Shown here: positions 53,947 through 63,922 of the stretch, piece after piece
How the letters are laid out: the number at the start of each line of letters is the position of its first letter
How positions within the stretch are numbered: position 1 is the stretch's first letter
Origin: an uncultured Planctomycetia bacterium
GTDB lineage: Bacteria > Omnitrophota > Gorgyraeia > Tantalellales > Tantalellaceae
Assembly (NCBI GenBank): GCA_964409365.1
Contig: CAYPCX010000009.1
Coordinates: forward strand, 10,390 to 74,389
DNA length: 64,000 bases
Direction: 5' to 3'
Program-made: the position numbers and the translations under genes
Notes under the pieces: generated by a model
What the model was told of the DNA's origin: nothing
What the model saw: the letters and a program-made list of their open reading frames with translations, nothing else
The model's database searches: none

Positions 53947-55485
53947 ATGTATCGTCCATTATTACTACCGATGATCGGTTTTCTCTCTGGTATTCTTATT
54001 GCTGAAAAGACCGGCATCGAAAATATCAGCATACTTATCTTTGGGCTTATCCTGCTGCTATTCGCGCTTTTCCTGTCGATTAGAGGCCAGCGGATATTCT
54101 TGATACTTCTTTGCGCTTTCTTCTTACTTCTCGGCGCTTTCCGCTGTATTTCCGCGAGAAATACACAGTCGCATGATATCAGCAATTTTGCGGATAAGAC
54201 ACCGGAAAAAGTCCTTGTTTACGGCACCGTGGCAAATGACCCTGAATGGAAAGGGAAAAGTTACATGTGCCGCCAGGTATTTACCTTAAGGGCGGAAAGG
54301 CTGCTTTCTCAGGAAAAAGAGAGACCGGTGACAGGAAATGTCGAAATAGGTCTTTATTCCTGGAAAGAACAGCCGGAGGTGGGGGACAAGATCGTTATCG
54401 GCGGAAGGATATCCGTTCCCCCGGGAAAAAGAGAGCCTTCCGACTTCGATTACGGAAGATACCTGAGATCCAGGGGCATCACTGCCGTTCTGAGGTCCGC
54501 GGAGAAGGATCATTACATGAAAACAGGGTTAGATAGTTCCCCGTCCTTCATGATAAGACGTTCTCTTTCCGAAGTGAGAAGGAAAAGTTATCACACCATC
54601 CAGGGACATCTCTGGCCCCGGCCGAAAGCCCTTATCAGCTCTGTGGTCCTCGGTATGAGAGGGGAGATAGATGAAGAGATGAAGGAACTCTTCATCAGAA
54701 CGGGCACTTTGCATATGATCGCCGTCAGCGGCCTGCATGTGGGTATTGTGGCTTTGATCATAATGGGGCTTTTGCGGCTTTTATATCTTCCGAGGAACGC
54801 CATGTGTTTTCTGACGGTATTGGGTATCTTCGCTTTCGCCGTTCTGACAGGGGCAAGGCCTTCCGCCGTACGCGCGGCCCTTATGGGGGCTTTTATCCTT
54901 TTCGGCATGGCCCTGGAAAGAAAGCCGGACCTCTTGAGCGTGCTCGTTTTGTCGGCGTTTATCATTACGTTTTTCCAACCGTCCCAGATTTTTCGGGCCG
55001 GCTTCATATTGTCATATCTGGCGGTCCTTTCGATCATGTACATTACCCCGTTCACCGACAGGATATTCGTCAAGGATAGTGGTGCCGGAAGATCATATTT
55101 CCTCTGCGGATATTTCTTTAAAGCCGTATCCGTGTCCCTGGCCGTCTGGATAGGGATGCTTCCCGTTATCGCGGCATATTTCGGTATTGTTACTCCTTCG
55201 GTAGTCCTGGCAAATCTTTTAGCGGTTCCGGTGCTTACCCTTCTGGTGGTCCTCGGGGGAGGGCTCATCCTGGCGGGGTCCGCAGGCTTTCTTGCGCCGG
55301 TAGCGTTTTTGATAGCAGGAACTATAAATATCATCGTGCTGTATTTCATTAGAACACTTCATCTGATATCGCTTGTGCCTTTTTCATTCATACGTGTTCC
55401 CGCTCCGGGTTTGATGGTGATGACCGTCTATTACGCGGTATTGGTGAGCATATTGGCTGCTTTCGGCAGGGATAGGCAAACATAA
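53947..55485 (+). CDS. comEC: ComEC/Rec2 competence DNA-uptake channel (DUF4131 + Competence domain; no metallo-beta-lactamase domain)
   Basis: Multi-TM. HMIAVSGLHVG motif. Confidence 0.8.
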   Translation: MYRPLLLPMIGFLSGILIAEKTGIENISILIFGLILLLFALFLSIRGQRIFLILLCAFFLLLGAFRCISARNTQSHDISNFADKTPEKVLVYGTVANDPEWKGKSYMCRQVFTLRAERLLSQEKERPVTGNVEIGLYSWKEQPEVGDKIVIGGRISVPPGKREPSDFDYGRYLRSRGITAVLRSAEKDHYMKTGLDSSPSFMIRRSLSEVRRKSYHTIQGHLWPRPKALISSVVLGMRGEIDEEMKELFIRTGTLHMIAVSGLHVGIVALIIMGLLRLLYLPRNAMCFLTVLGIFAFAVLTGARPSAVRAALMGAFILFGMALERKPDLLSVLVLSAFIITFFQPSQIFRAGFILSYLAVLSIMYITPFTDRIFVKDSGAGRSYFLCGYFFKAVSVSLAVWIGMLPVIAAYFGIVTPSVVLANLLAVPVLTLLVVLGGGLILAGSAGFLAPVAFLIAGTINIIVLYFIRTLHLISLVPFSFIRVPAPGLMVMTVYYAVLVSILAAFGRDRQT

Positions 55486-55644
55486 ACTGTCTTTCTAACA
55501 CTTTTACACATAATAATTTTGTAAATAATCAGATATTGGCATTGACTTTGGTTATAGAATGTGATAATTTCGTTCTAATAACTATAGTATATTATTTAGC
55601 TTACTAAGGATGTTTAGCTAAGTGACCAGAGAAGGAGTGTCCTT

Positions 55645-56376
55645 ATGAAGAAGGCATTTTTATTTGTTACGGTGATCGCGTTAGTAACAGGTTTTGCCGT
55701 TATTTCCAACGCATCGGTCGACAGTATCTATGAGGCCGCGGTGATCAATATGAAGGGCGATGTCAAAGTAGACCCGAACGCTGATGGCAGCTGGTTTACC
55801 CCCTGGATAGGTATGAAGCTCAAAAAGGGCGCCCTTTTGAAGGCGGGTCCGGATTCCTGGGCCGAGATCGTTTTTGACGTGGACGGCTTGAATATATTAC
55901 GCATCAAGGAAAATACCCAGATAACCATAGATAGATCGAGCGTAAAGATGCCTGAAGGTTCCGTCCTTGCCAAATTCGACAATCTTACACCGGGGTCTTC
56001 TTTTGTGGTAAGGACACCCAACGCGGCCTGCGGGATAAGGGGGTCGGGTATGGGTGTCACGGTTGTTAAAGGCAAAACTATTGTCGAAGCGTTCGAAGAT
56101 AAGGCTTACTTAACGACTTATGATGCGAACGGTAATGTAGTAACAACGGAATTCATAGTTCCTGAGGAATGGAAAACAACAGTAAGGTCTGATGGGAAGC
56201 CCGAACAACCTGTGGCGCTGACCCCTGAAGAAAAAGACGTATGGGAAGTCTGGGTGGATGCTCTTGAAAAAGGTGTGGGGGAAGCCCCGGAAGGTTATGA
56301 ACCCGAACCTGACAGCAAAGACCTCGAAGATATTAAAACAGAAGAAAAGAAAAAAGACGTAAGTCCGTGTTCATAA
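55645..56376 (+). CDS. Secreted FecR-domain protein (paralog 3)
   Basis: Signal peptide. GDVKVDP...ALLKAGPDSWAEIVFDVDG...NTQITI pattern and VRTPNAACGIRGSGM motif. Confidence 0.55.
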   Translation: MKKAFLFVTVIALVTGFAVISNASVDSIYEAAVINMKGDVKVDPNADGSWFTPWIGMKLKKGALLKAGPDSWAEIVFDVDGLNILRIKENTQITIDRSSVKMPEGSVLAKFDNLTPGSSFVVRTPNAACGIRGSGMGVTVVKGKTIVEAFEDKAYLTTYDANGNVVTTEFIVPEEWKTTVRSDGKPEQPVALTPEEKDVWEVWVDALEKGVGEAPEGYEPEPDSKDLEDIKTEEKKKDVSPCS

Positions 56377-56402
56377 ATATACGATAAAAAGGGAGAAGGG
56401 AT

Positions 56403-57569
56403 ATGAGGTTTAGACTTTTCGTAATTTTTATATTGGCTGTCTTCGTCGCGGGCATCTTTTTCGCTGAACCAGCCCTTGCCTGGGAAAAAGGACATATGAA
56501 GGTGGTTCCTGCGGCGAAATATGAACAGCGCTGGGACAGCAATATCTTTTATGATACCGACGATCCGAAAAGTGATCACATGTCGATCATCACTCCCAGT
56601 ATACTCGGAGAATTCGGTTTCGGGGCGGCAGGCAAACACAAAGCAAGAGTTGCTTATAACGTCGAGTGTGGCATTTTTTATGAACATACTGACCAGAACT
56701 ACGCTAATCATGATGTTTTCGGCGAACTGTTCCTGGATGTCAACGAGAATTATAATATCAGGGCGAACAATACGTTCCTTTTCACTTCTGACCGCGCCGG
56801 TACGGAGTTTACCCAGAGGATATTGAGAAAAGAAGATACATTTAATGCCGTTCTTGAGATGGAATTCAATAAGCTTGCTTTTGATGTTGGGTACAGCTTC
56901 TATATCATAGATTACCTGAGCGATACGCTGGATCAGGTGGACCGTTATGAGAATTCGGGATGGGTCACCGGTTATGTGCAAGTAGCCCCGAAGACCAGGG
57001 TATTGGCGGAATACAAATACAAGAATATCAAATACACCGATGACAGTCCCCGTGATGCTAATGCTCATTATGCGCTTTTGGGTGTTACTGGTCAGATCGC
57101 TCCCAAAGTAACAGGTACTGCCAAGGTAGGTTTTGAATATAAAAAGTATGACAATTCATCACCTACCGATTTCACCAATGCCGTGGCAATGATTGATCTG
57201 GACTGGACCCCGACAGAAAGAACCAATGTGCATTTCGGGTACGAAAGGGAAGCTTTTGAGTCGGTTTTCAGGGATAACAATTACTATGCGGGTGACCATT
57301 TCAAGTTAAATTTCAAGCATAAGCTGCCGAGGAATTTTGCCGTGATAGTAAATGGTATGTATTTCCTGAATCAGTATCCCAAAGAGCGAGAGGGCGACAA
57401 CGACAAGAGGACCGATAATATCTGGGCGGTGGGTCCCAGACTTGAATACTACTGGAAGGAATATCTGGTAGCTGGCGTTGGCTACAGGTTCAAACAAAGG
57501 GATTCGAACGTGGCCGACAGAAGCTACGATGACCATATCGTTTACGGTGACGTGAAATTAGCTTTTTAA
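56403..57569 (+). CDS. Putative outer-membrane beta-barrel protein (BBP2/OmpL-like, EPS-locus type)
   Basis: Signal peptide, beta-strand alternation, C-terminal KLAF. Confidence 0.5.
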   Translation: MRFRLFVIFILAVFVAGIFFAEPALAWEKGHMKVVPAAKYEQRWDSNIFYDTDDPKSDHMSIITPSILGEFGFGAAGKHKARVAYNVECGIFYEHTDQNYANHDVFGELFLDVNENYNIRANNTFLFTSDRAGTEFTQRILRKEDTFNAVLEMEFNKLAFDVGYSFYIIDYLSDTLDQVDRYENSGWVTGYVQVAPKTRVLAEYKYKNIKYTDDSPRDANAHYALLGVTGQIAPKVTGTAKVGFEYKKYDNSSPTDFTNAVAMIDLDWTPTERTNVHFGYEREAFESVFRDNNYYAGDHFKLNFKHKLPRNFAVIVNGMYFLNQYPKEREGDNDKRTDNIWAVGPRLEYYWKEYLVAGVGYRFKQRDSNVADRSYDDHIVYGDVKLAF

Positions 57570-57595
57570 TACTTTAAAATAAAGAAGTTATAATA

Positions 57596-57630
57596 AAAAT
57601 GACCCGGTTTTATTTCCCGGGTCATTTTTT
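57596..57630 (+). terminator. Rho-independent terminator
   Basis: AAAAATGACCCGG-TTTTATTTC-CCGGGTCATTTTTT. Confidence 0.75.
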
Positions 57631-57658
57631 ACATAATTTCCACAACCCCTGAAAACTA

Positions 57659-57687
57659 TTGATTTTCCTTACTTAAATAGGTATAAT
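57659..57687 (+). promoter_or_regulatory. sigma70-like promoter TTGATT-17-TATAAT for the EPS export operon
   Basis: Hexamers read directly, 10 nt upstream of the wza ATG region. Confidence 0.5.
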
Positions 57688-57696
57688 AACTCTGCT

Positions 57697-58305
57697 ATGA
57701 ATTTTATTAAAAGATCGTTTTTCGTACCCGTTGTTTTTCTAACCCTTACACTGGCTGTTACTTGCGTAAATGCGGAAAAAATACAGGAAGAAAATAACAA
57801 CCTTGCCGGATATACGATCGGCCCTGAGAATGTATTACAGATAGATGTTTATTACGGCAGAGACAGGAATCTTTCCCGCAAGGTACGCGTTTCATCAAAA
57901 GGTTTTATTACATTTCCCCTGCTGGGGGAAGTGGAGGTCAACGGTCTTACTGTGGCCGAACTTGAAAATAAGCTCACGTATTTACTGGCAAAAGATTATC
58001 TGGTAAATCCCCAGGTTTCGGTATTTATTGATGAATACAGTACGGTTTCGGTATTAGGTCAAGTCAAAAGCCCCGGAACTTATCCTATTAAAGGGAAACT
58101 TTCAGTAGTTGAGCTTATTTCCATGGCAGGTGGTTTTACGAAAATCGCGGCTCCGAATTGGGTAAAAATAATAAGGACACATTCCGATGGCACAAAAGTC
58201 ACTATTCCGGTAAGAGTGCACGATATCATAAACAAAGGGAAAGAAGAAGATGATATCCAGCTTCAGGCCGGAGATATAGTAACGGTGGCAGAAAGCATAT
58301 TTTAA
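57697..58305 (+). CDS. wza: Polysaccharide export periplasmic protein (Wza/PST-like, Poly_export + SLBB)
   Basis: Signal peptide. YTIGPENVLQIDVY...NPQVSV...LGQVKSPGTY signature. Confidence 0.8.
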   Translation: MNFIKRSFFVPVVFLTLTLAVTCVNAEKIQEENNNLAGYTIGPENVLQIDVYYGRDRNLSRKVRVSSKGFITFPLLGEVEVNGLTVAELENKLTYLLAKDYLVNPQVSVFIDEYSTVSVLGQVKSPGTYPIKGKLSVVELISMAGGFTKIAAPNWVKIIRTHSDGTKVTIPVRVHDIINKGKEEDDIQLQAGDIVTVAESIF

Positions 58306-58319
58306 AAAAGAAAAGTGAT

Positions 58320-60224
58320 ATGGATAACAAAAATCCCTTTTTAGAGCAAGAGATCGATATCAGGGAATATTTTCGTATTCTCTATGAGAGAAAGTGGCTG
58401 ATTATCTCCCTTACCATTGTATTGTGCACATTCTCTTTGATAAGATCTTCCATGTTGAGGCCGGTTTATAGAGCAAGGGCCCAGGTTCTCATAGAGCGGG
58501 AAACACCTCGTATACTTAATATAGAAGAAGTTTCACCGACCGAGTTCAAGGACAGGGACTATTATGAGACGCAGTATAAGATACTTAAAAGTCGGTCTCT
58601 TGCCGAGAGGGTCAATAAGACCCTGGGGGGATATCAGCCCTGGGATAATTGGGGAGGTCGCAGGAAAGCCAAAGAAAATGAACAAAAAATAAGCGACGAA
58701 AGTCGAGCTAGGGCGCTTTTAGGCAGAGTGGAAGTAAAGCCGGTACATAAGACGCAACTGGTGGAGATAAACGTCGAGGACGTAAACCCGAAGATGGCCG
58801 CAAAGATAGCCAATCTTTGGGCCGAAAATTACATCTCCTATGTGCTGGATACAAAATATGAAGCTACGCAATACGCTTCCGGATGGCTTCAGGGGAAAAT
58901 AAAAGGGGCCAAGGCCAATCTGGAAAAATCTGAACTTGATCTTCAAGAATACCGAAAACAAAACAAGATAGTTATCGATTCGGATGAGAGGACCAGCATG
59001 CTGCAACAGCTTTTTCAAAAAAAAGCTGAACTGGAAATAACGCTCTCTGAAAACCTTGAATATTACAAGGAAAAACATCCCGAGATTATAGGCATCAGGT
59101 CCGAGCTTGATTCCGTAGAAAGCAAAATAGAAGCTGAAAAAGAAAAAGAGCTTTATACAAAAGATAAGGAGATACAGTACCAGATACTCAAGAGGGATGT
59201 GAAGACCAACAGGGAAGTATATGAGGCGCTCCTAAGTCGTATTCGGGAAACTGAAGTAACGGGTGGATTGAAGGCCACGAATATCAGGATAATCGATAAG
59301 GCCACTGTTCCGAGAGGGCCTGTACGTCCCAATAAGGTCAAGGATCTTATAATCGCATTTTTGGTGGGAATAATAGGAGGCGGAGGTCTGGCATTTTTGT
59401 TCAACAGCCTGGACCAGAGCATAAAGACGCCCGAGGATATAAAAAATTATATCAGATTACCCGCCCTGGCATCGATCGCTTTACCCAAGGAAGATGATAG
59501 GGAAGCAAAACCTGAGTTCATCACTTCACAAAAACCCTATTCCACGATATCTGAAGCATACAGAAGTTTGCGGACAAGCATAATGTTTACAGCGGTCGAA
59601 CATAAGCGAAAAACGCTTATTTTAACAAGTTCCGGCCCCCAGGAAGGGAAGACCACGATCGCCATAAATCTTGCGATAGTTATGGCTCAGGCCGGGGAGA
59701 AGACTATCCTTCTTGATTGTGACCTGCGGCAGCCGCGTGTTGAAAAATCCTTCGATCTGAATATAGGGAACGGATTAACCGAAGTACTTGCTGGGAAAGA
59801 AGAAATCGATTCTGTCATCCATAAAACGCATATAGAGAACCTTGATCTAATAACATGTGGTTCGATCCCTCCCAACCCTTCTGAACTTCTGGGTTCAAGG
59901 AGAATGGATGAATTTTTACAAAAAGTTGAAGAGAGATATGACCGGATAATCATAGATTCACCGCCGGTTCTTGCCGTAACTGATGCGGTGGTCCTATCCG
60001 GCAAGGTCGATGGGACTATTGTCGTAGTGAAAGCCAATGAAACCAACCGGAATGCGATGTTAAAAACAAAAGAGATCCTTGAATCCGTCCAGTCATCAAA
60101 TCTTATTGGCTCTATTCTCAACATGGTCGAAACCGGTAAAACCGGCGGCTATTATTATTACCACTATTATGGCAAGTATGGTAAATACGGCCAGAAACAT
60201 AAGAAGCAAGAGCAGACCACGTAA
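58320..60224 (+). CDS. wzc: Polysaccharide co-polymerase / BY-kinase (Wzc-like chain-length determinant + tyrosine autokinase)
   Basis: N-terminal Wzz domain with TM. Long coiled coil. C-terminal Walker A SSGPQEGKTT, DxD, and the Tyr cluster GGYYYYHYYGKYGKYG. Confidence 0.85.
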   Translation: MDNKNPFLEQEIDIREYFRILYERKWLIISLTIVLCTFSLIRSSMLRPVYRARAQVLIERETPRILNIEEVSPTEFKDRDYYETQYKILKSRSLAERVNKTLGGYQPWDNWGGRRKAKENEQKISDESRARALLGRVEVKPVHKTQLVEINVEDVNPKMAAKIANLWAENYISYVLDTKYEATQYASGWLQGKIKGAKANLEKSELDLQEYRKQNKIVIDSDERTSMLQQLFQKKAELEITLSENLEYYKEKHPEIIGIRSELDSVESKIEAEKEKELYTKDKEIQYQILKRDVKTNREVYEALLSRIRETEVTGGLKATNIRIIDKATVPRGPVRPNKVKDLIIAFLVGIIGGGGLAFLFNSLDQSIKTPEDIKNYIRLPALASIALPKEDDREAKPEFITSQKPYSTISEAYRSLRTSIMFTAVEHKRKTLILTSSGPQEGKTTIAINLAIVMAQAGEKTILLDCDLRQPRVEKSFDLNIGNGLTEVLAGKEEIDSVIHKTHIENLDLITCGSIPPNPSELLGSRRMDEFLQKVEERYDRIIIDSPPVLAVTDAVVLSGKVDGTIVVVKANETNRNAMLKTKEILESVQSSNLIGSILNMVETGKTGGYYYYHYYGKYGKYGQKHKKQEQTT

Positions 60225-60248
60225 ATTCGAAATGTCATAAGATCGGAC

Positions 60249-61721
60249 ATGAAATCCAGTCGCGTCCAAATTGAAGATTCCCTACTTATAGGATTATTAG
60301 CCTTTGCACCGTTAGCTTTAGGAAGTGTTCATGTCTGGGCATATTGTATATTAGCGACATTGTCTCTTATCATTTTTGACCTGCATTTTCTGAATAATAT
60401 CGATAAGTTAAAAAGAGTTCTAACCTTGCCGATATCTGTTGGAGCTGTAGCTTTTATCGGACTAACCTGCCTTTACGTTATACCTTTTCCGGAATATCTC
60501 ATTAAGGTTGTTACACCGGGAGCTTACACGCTTAGACAGACATATATGCTTGCACCTGTTTCCTGGCAAACGATCAGTATATATGCATATCCTACTATAA
60601 CAAGTATAATTAAACTTATTTCCTATGTAATGGTTTTTCTGGTCGTTGTTTCAAAAATCAGTTTGACAAAAAATGAAAATCAGGCAGCAGACAGTTCCCA
60701 CCCGGAATTCGTGCCACATACATTTATATTGCTCGGTGCGTTAACAGGTGTTCTTACGATTATTTTTCATAGTTTTTCTGATTTCAATCTTCGCATTCCG
60801 TCTAACGCGTTATATTTCACGGTATTCTCAGGCATTATTGCCGGGATCGGCTTAAAAAAGGACAAGAGCGTTCTTAATCTACCGTTTATCAAAAAATTAG
60901 TAAATTCAGTCATCATAATAGGTTTTGTCGTAGCAGTATTCGGTATCATACAAAGGTTCAGCTGGAACGGTAAGATATATTGGCTGATAAGAAAAAAAGG
61001 CGGAATATTCGGCCCGTTTATAAATTATGATCACTTTGCCGGATACATGGGCATGTGCGCAAGTTTAGCAGTGGCTTATTTTATGGCGTGCATAAGATAT
61101 TCGTCATTTTTTCAGATTAAAAAAGTAAAAGAAAAGCTGCTATGGTTTTCATCAAAGGAAGCCAATATGGCACTGATCTATTTGTTTTTATCGACAGTTA
61201 TGATAACAGCGCTGTTTTTAACCACATCGAGAGGGGGAATATTGAGCTTCAGCGCGGCTATGCTGGTGTTTTTCTTCGCGTGTATTGTAAGAACAAAGAG
61301 GAAAAGACGAAGCCGCGTGGTTTTTTCCATTCTGTTGATAGGACTGTTATTCTGTGTTCTGGTCATATGGATAGGGCCGGAACCGACGGTGGAACGTTTT
61401 AGGATGTTAAACAGAATGACAAAAGTCGTAATAAAGGAAAAACCCATTTTAAGCGAGATTAGGCCCCTAATATGGAAAGATACTTTGAAAGTAATAAAAG
61501 ATTATCCCGTTACGGGTACCGGGATGGGAACATTTTCATATATATTTCCCAAATACAGGTCATTCAGGGCTGATGATAAAAATTTGAAGTATGCTCATAG
61601 TGATTATTTGCAACTTGTATCAGAAACGGGTATCTTCGGGCTGGTATTTGCCATAGGTTTTCTTCTCTGGTATTTAAAGATGTTCGGAAGATGTCTGCGC
61701 GGGTTAAGGGAACAAGAATGA
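60249..61721 (+). CDS. O-antigen ligase/Wzy-like polymerase family membrane protein
   Basis: 10+ TM helices with the Wzy_C-type central loop region. Confidence 0.6.
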   Translation: MKSSRVQIEDSLLIGLLAFAPLALGSVHVWAYCILATLSLIIFDLHFLNNIDKLKRVLTLPISVGAVAFIGLTCLYVIPFPEYLIKVVTPGAYTLRQTYMLAPVSWQTISIYAYPTITSIIKLISYVMVFLVVVSKISLTKNENQAADSSHPEFVPHTFILLGALTGVLTIIFHSFSDFNLRIPSNALYFTVFSGIIAGIGLKKDKSVLNLPFIKKLVNSVIIIGFVVAVFGIIQRFSWNGKIYWLIRKKGGIFGPFINYDHFAGYMGMCASLAVAYFMACIRYSSFFQIKKVKEKLLWFSSKEANMALIYLFLSTVMITALFLTTSRGGILSFSAAMLVFFFACIVRTKRKRRSRVVFSILLIGLLFCVLVIWIGPEPTVERFRMLNRMTKVVIKEKPILSEIRPLIWKDTLKVIKDYPVTGTGMGTFSYIFPKYRSFRADDKNLKYAHSDYLQLVSETGIFGLVFAIGFLLWYLKMFGRCLRGLREQE

Positions 61722-61727
61722 ACGGAA

Positions 61728-62231
61728 ATGGTGAACGTGAGTAAGACGATCAGATCGATAGTAGTTGTGTTCTCGATTCTTTTTTTTATCCGTGTTGCAA
61801 CTATTTTTACCGCGGATCGTTTGTCCAGCATAAGTATGCTTGCTGAGAAGGAGAAGATAAACCGGGAAATCGCGTTATCTCTGGTTAATATTTCTATAAA
61901 GATCGATTCTGCCAATGCGGATATTTATATGCGAAAATATGATATTTTGCAAGATATCATAAGAAACGATGGAAGAGATAAGAGGTATGTCCTTTTAGAG
62001 CGTCAGTTGCACACCCTTAGACGTTGTATACAGCTTTGTCCGTCCTGGCCGGCATACCATATGTATTATGCGGTTACCGTAAGAAGAATGAGCCCACAGC
62101 CGAATATTCAGACCCGAAAGCTTATTTTATCGGAGATGGAAAAGGGCACGAGGCTTAAGCCTTATAGTAAACGTTATAGTAAAATTTACAAAAGATACCT
62201 TCAAAAATCCTCCTCCGAAATCGAACAGTGA
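61728..62231 (+). CDS. Hypothetical protein, one N-terminal TM
   Basis: ORF with GTG start immediately after the ligase gene. No recognisable domain. Confidence 0.35.
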   Translation: MVNVSKTIRSIVVVFSILFFIRVATIFTADRLSSISMLAEKEKINREIALSLVNISIKIDSANADIYMRKYDILQDIIRNDGRDKRYVLLERQLHTLRRCIQLCPSWPAYHMYYAVTVRRMSPQPNIQTRKLILSEMEKGTRLKPYSKRYSKIYKRYLQKSSSEIEQ

Positions 62232-62343
62232 TCTTGGTCTTGACATTCCAGGCTTATATTAGTACAATGTTCATTCATTGAACATATATTAAGTTCTTAT
62301 CTTATCTCTACTTAAAACCTGTTATCATTCGCATCTTAAGATC

Positions 62344-62682
62344 ATGAAAAATGTTGAAGATACTATAAAACTTCTTAAATATTTACAGGAAAATCCAAAG
62401 GCGACTCAACGCGAGCTAATGCGAGAACTTGGAGTAAGCCTGGGGAAAGTCAATTACCTGATAAATTTTCTGGCCGATAGGGGATTGATCAAATTAAAAA
62501 GATTTCGTAAATCCAATAATAAAGCCGCGTACCTGTACAAGTTGACCCCAAAAGATATTTACGAAGAGATTTCTGTCGCCAGGAAACATATTAAGAATAA
62601 GTTAGCGGAATATGAAGAATTAAAGGCACAGATCGAGATCTTTGCGAAAAGTATCGGGGAAAAAGACATCAATAGAAGTTGA
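62344..62682 (+). CDS. Small winged-helix (MarR-like) transcriptional regulator, EPS-locus associated
   Basis: About 110 aa. Helix-turn-helix QRELMRELGVSLGKVNYLIN. Resembles MarR-family EPS-associated regulators. Confidence 0.55.
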   Translation: MKNVEDTIKLLKYLQENPKATQRELMRELGVSLGKVNYLINFLADRGLIKLKRFRKSNNKAAYLYKLTPKDIYEEISVARKHIKNKLAEYEELKAQIEIFAKSIGEKDINRS

Positions 62683-62701
62683 TATTTTGATCAGGAGAAA
62701 C

Positions 62702-63898
62702 ATGAAAATAGCTGTTATAAGTTCAGGCCACATACCATCTCAGTGGGCTCACAGCATAAACACGATGAAGACCGCAGATTCTTTTTATAAGCTCGGACAC
62801 GATGTTGAAATTTTGACGGTAGAAAGATACCCGGAAAATATGCAACGAAAAACAATAGAAAATATCCATGACTTTTACGGCATAAGCAGGGGCATAAAAA
62901 TATCATTTTTCCGGGACAACCTTTTTTTTTATTACAGCGGCATAAAGCCTGTACGGTTGATGAATAGAGCTTTGGCAAAGATTACGGGCAGCAGGATAAG
63001 ATATATCCGGGACCCGGAAAAGGTCATGAGTGAGTATTGCAAGGCAAGCAATGTCGATGTTTGTTACTGTAGAAGCTATAGGGCGGTCTATTATAACATT
63101 AAAAATAAAGTGCCTACTGTAATGGAATCCCACACTCCAAAGGTCGGGCATCCTGACCTTGAAAGGGTGATCGATCTAAGCGGGTCAGAACATTTTTTGG
63201 GTATTGTTACTATTTCGGAGGCGCTTAAGGATAATTTCGTTACCAAGGGAGTTCCCGCGGAAAAAGTACTTGTGCTGCAGGACGGTGTTGATGTTGGGGA
63301 TTTCATGGAACTCCCGTCAAAAGAAAAAAGCCGTGATATTCTGGGGTTGCCGCGGGATAAAAAAATAGTCGTTTATTGCGGCTCCCTTTTTCCGGATAAA
63401 GGGATAGAACATATATTACTGGTCGCTAAAGAGGTCCCGGATGCGGTTTTTTTGCTGGTAGGCGGCAGGGAGCGACAGATAAGGGCGTGGAAGGAATACG
63501 TCAGTTCTCAGGGAATAAATAATGTATGGTTCCAGGGGTTTGTGGAGAACAGGAAAGTGCCGTTTTATCTAAGAGCAGCAGAAGCGCTTATCATGCCTTA
63601 CAAAACGGATCAGGAAATAAAGGTGATGGATATCAGCACTACCTCACCGTTGAAGTTGTTCGAGTATATGGCCGCGCAAAAACCGATAATTTCTACGGAT
63701 ATCCCGGCGATCTCAAGGACTATTACGAATGGAGTGGACGGATTACTGGCAGAGCCCAACAATGTACAAGAACTGGCCCGGTTCGTGAAAATGGTTTTAA
63801 ATGATGAAAAGTTATCGGAAAAGCTTTCAAAAAATGCTTACAAGACCGTTCAAAAATATGATCTAAAAACGCGATGTACCAGGATCCTTCAGAGATGA
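62702..63898 (+). CDS. GT4-family glycosyltransferase
   Basis: GT-B fold. C-terminal E...ALIMPY...EYMAAQKPII motif region typical of GT4. Confidence 0.8.
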   Translation: MKIAVISSGHIPSQWAHSINTMKTADSFYKLGHDVEILTVERYPENMQRKTIENIHDFYGISRGIKISFFRDNLFFYYSGIKPVRLMNRALAKITGSRIRYIRDPEKVMSEYCKASNVDVCYCRSYRAVYYNIKNKVPTVMESHTPKVGHPDLERVIDLSGSEHFLGIVTISEALKDNFVTKGVPAEKVLVLQDGVDVGDFMELPSKEKSRDILGLPRDKKIVVYCGSLFPDKGIEHILLVAKEVPDAVFLLVGGRERQIRAWKEYVSSQGINNVWFQGFVENRKVPFYLRAAEALIMPYKTDQEIKVMDISTTSPLKLFEYMAAQKPIISTDIPAISRTITNGVDGLLAEPNNVQELARFVKMVLNDEKLSEKLSKNAYKTVQKYDLKTRCTRILQR

Positions 63899-63922
63899 CG
63901 GGTATATTGAGGCGGTAAGGAA

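Noticed and set aside
53877-54185. A 102-aa minus-strand ORF across the comEA-comEC junction and comEC 5' end.
   Set aside because: Antisense to comEC. It exists only because the intergenic hairpin is palindromic.
54591-55349. A 252-aa minus-strand ORF within comEC.
   Set aside because: Antisense shadow of a multi-TM gene.
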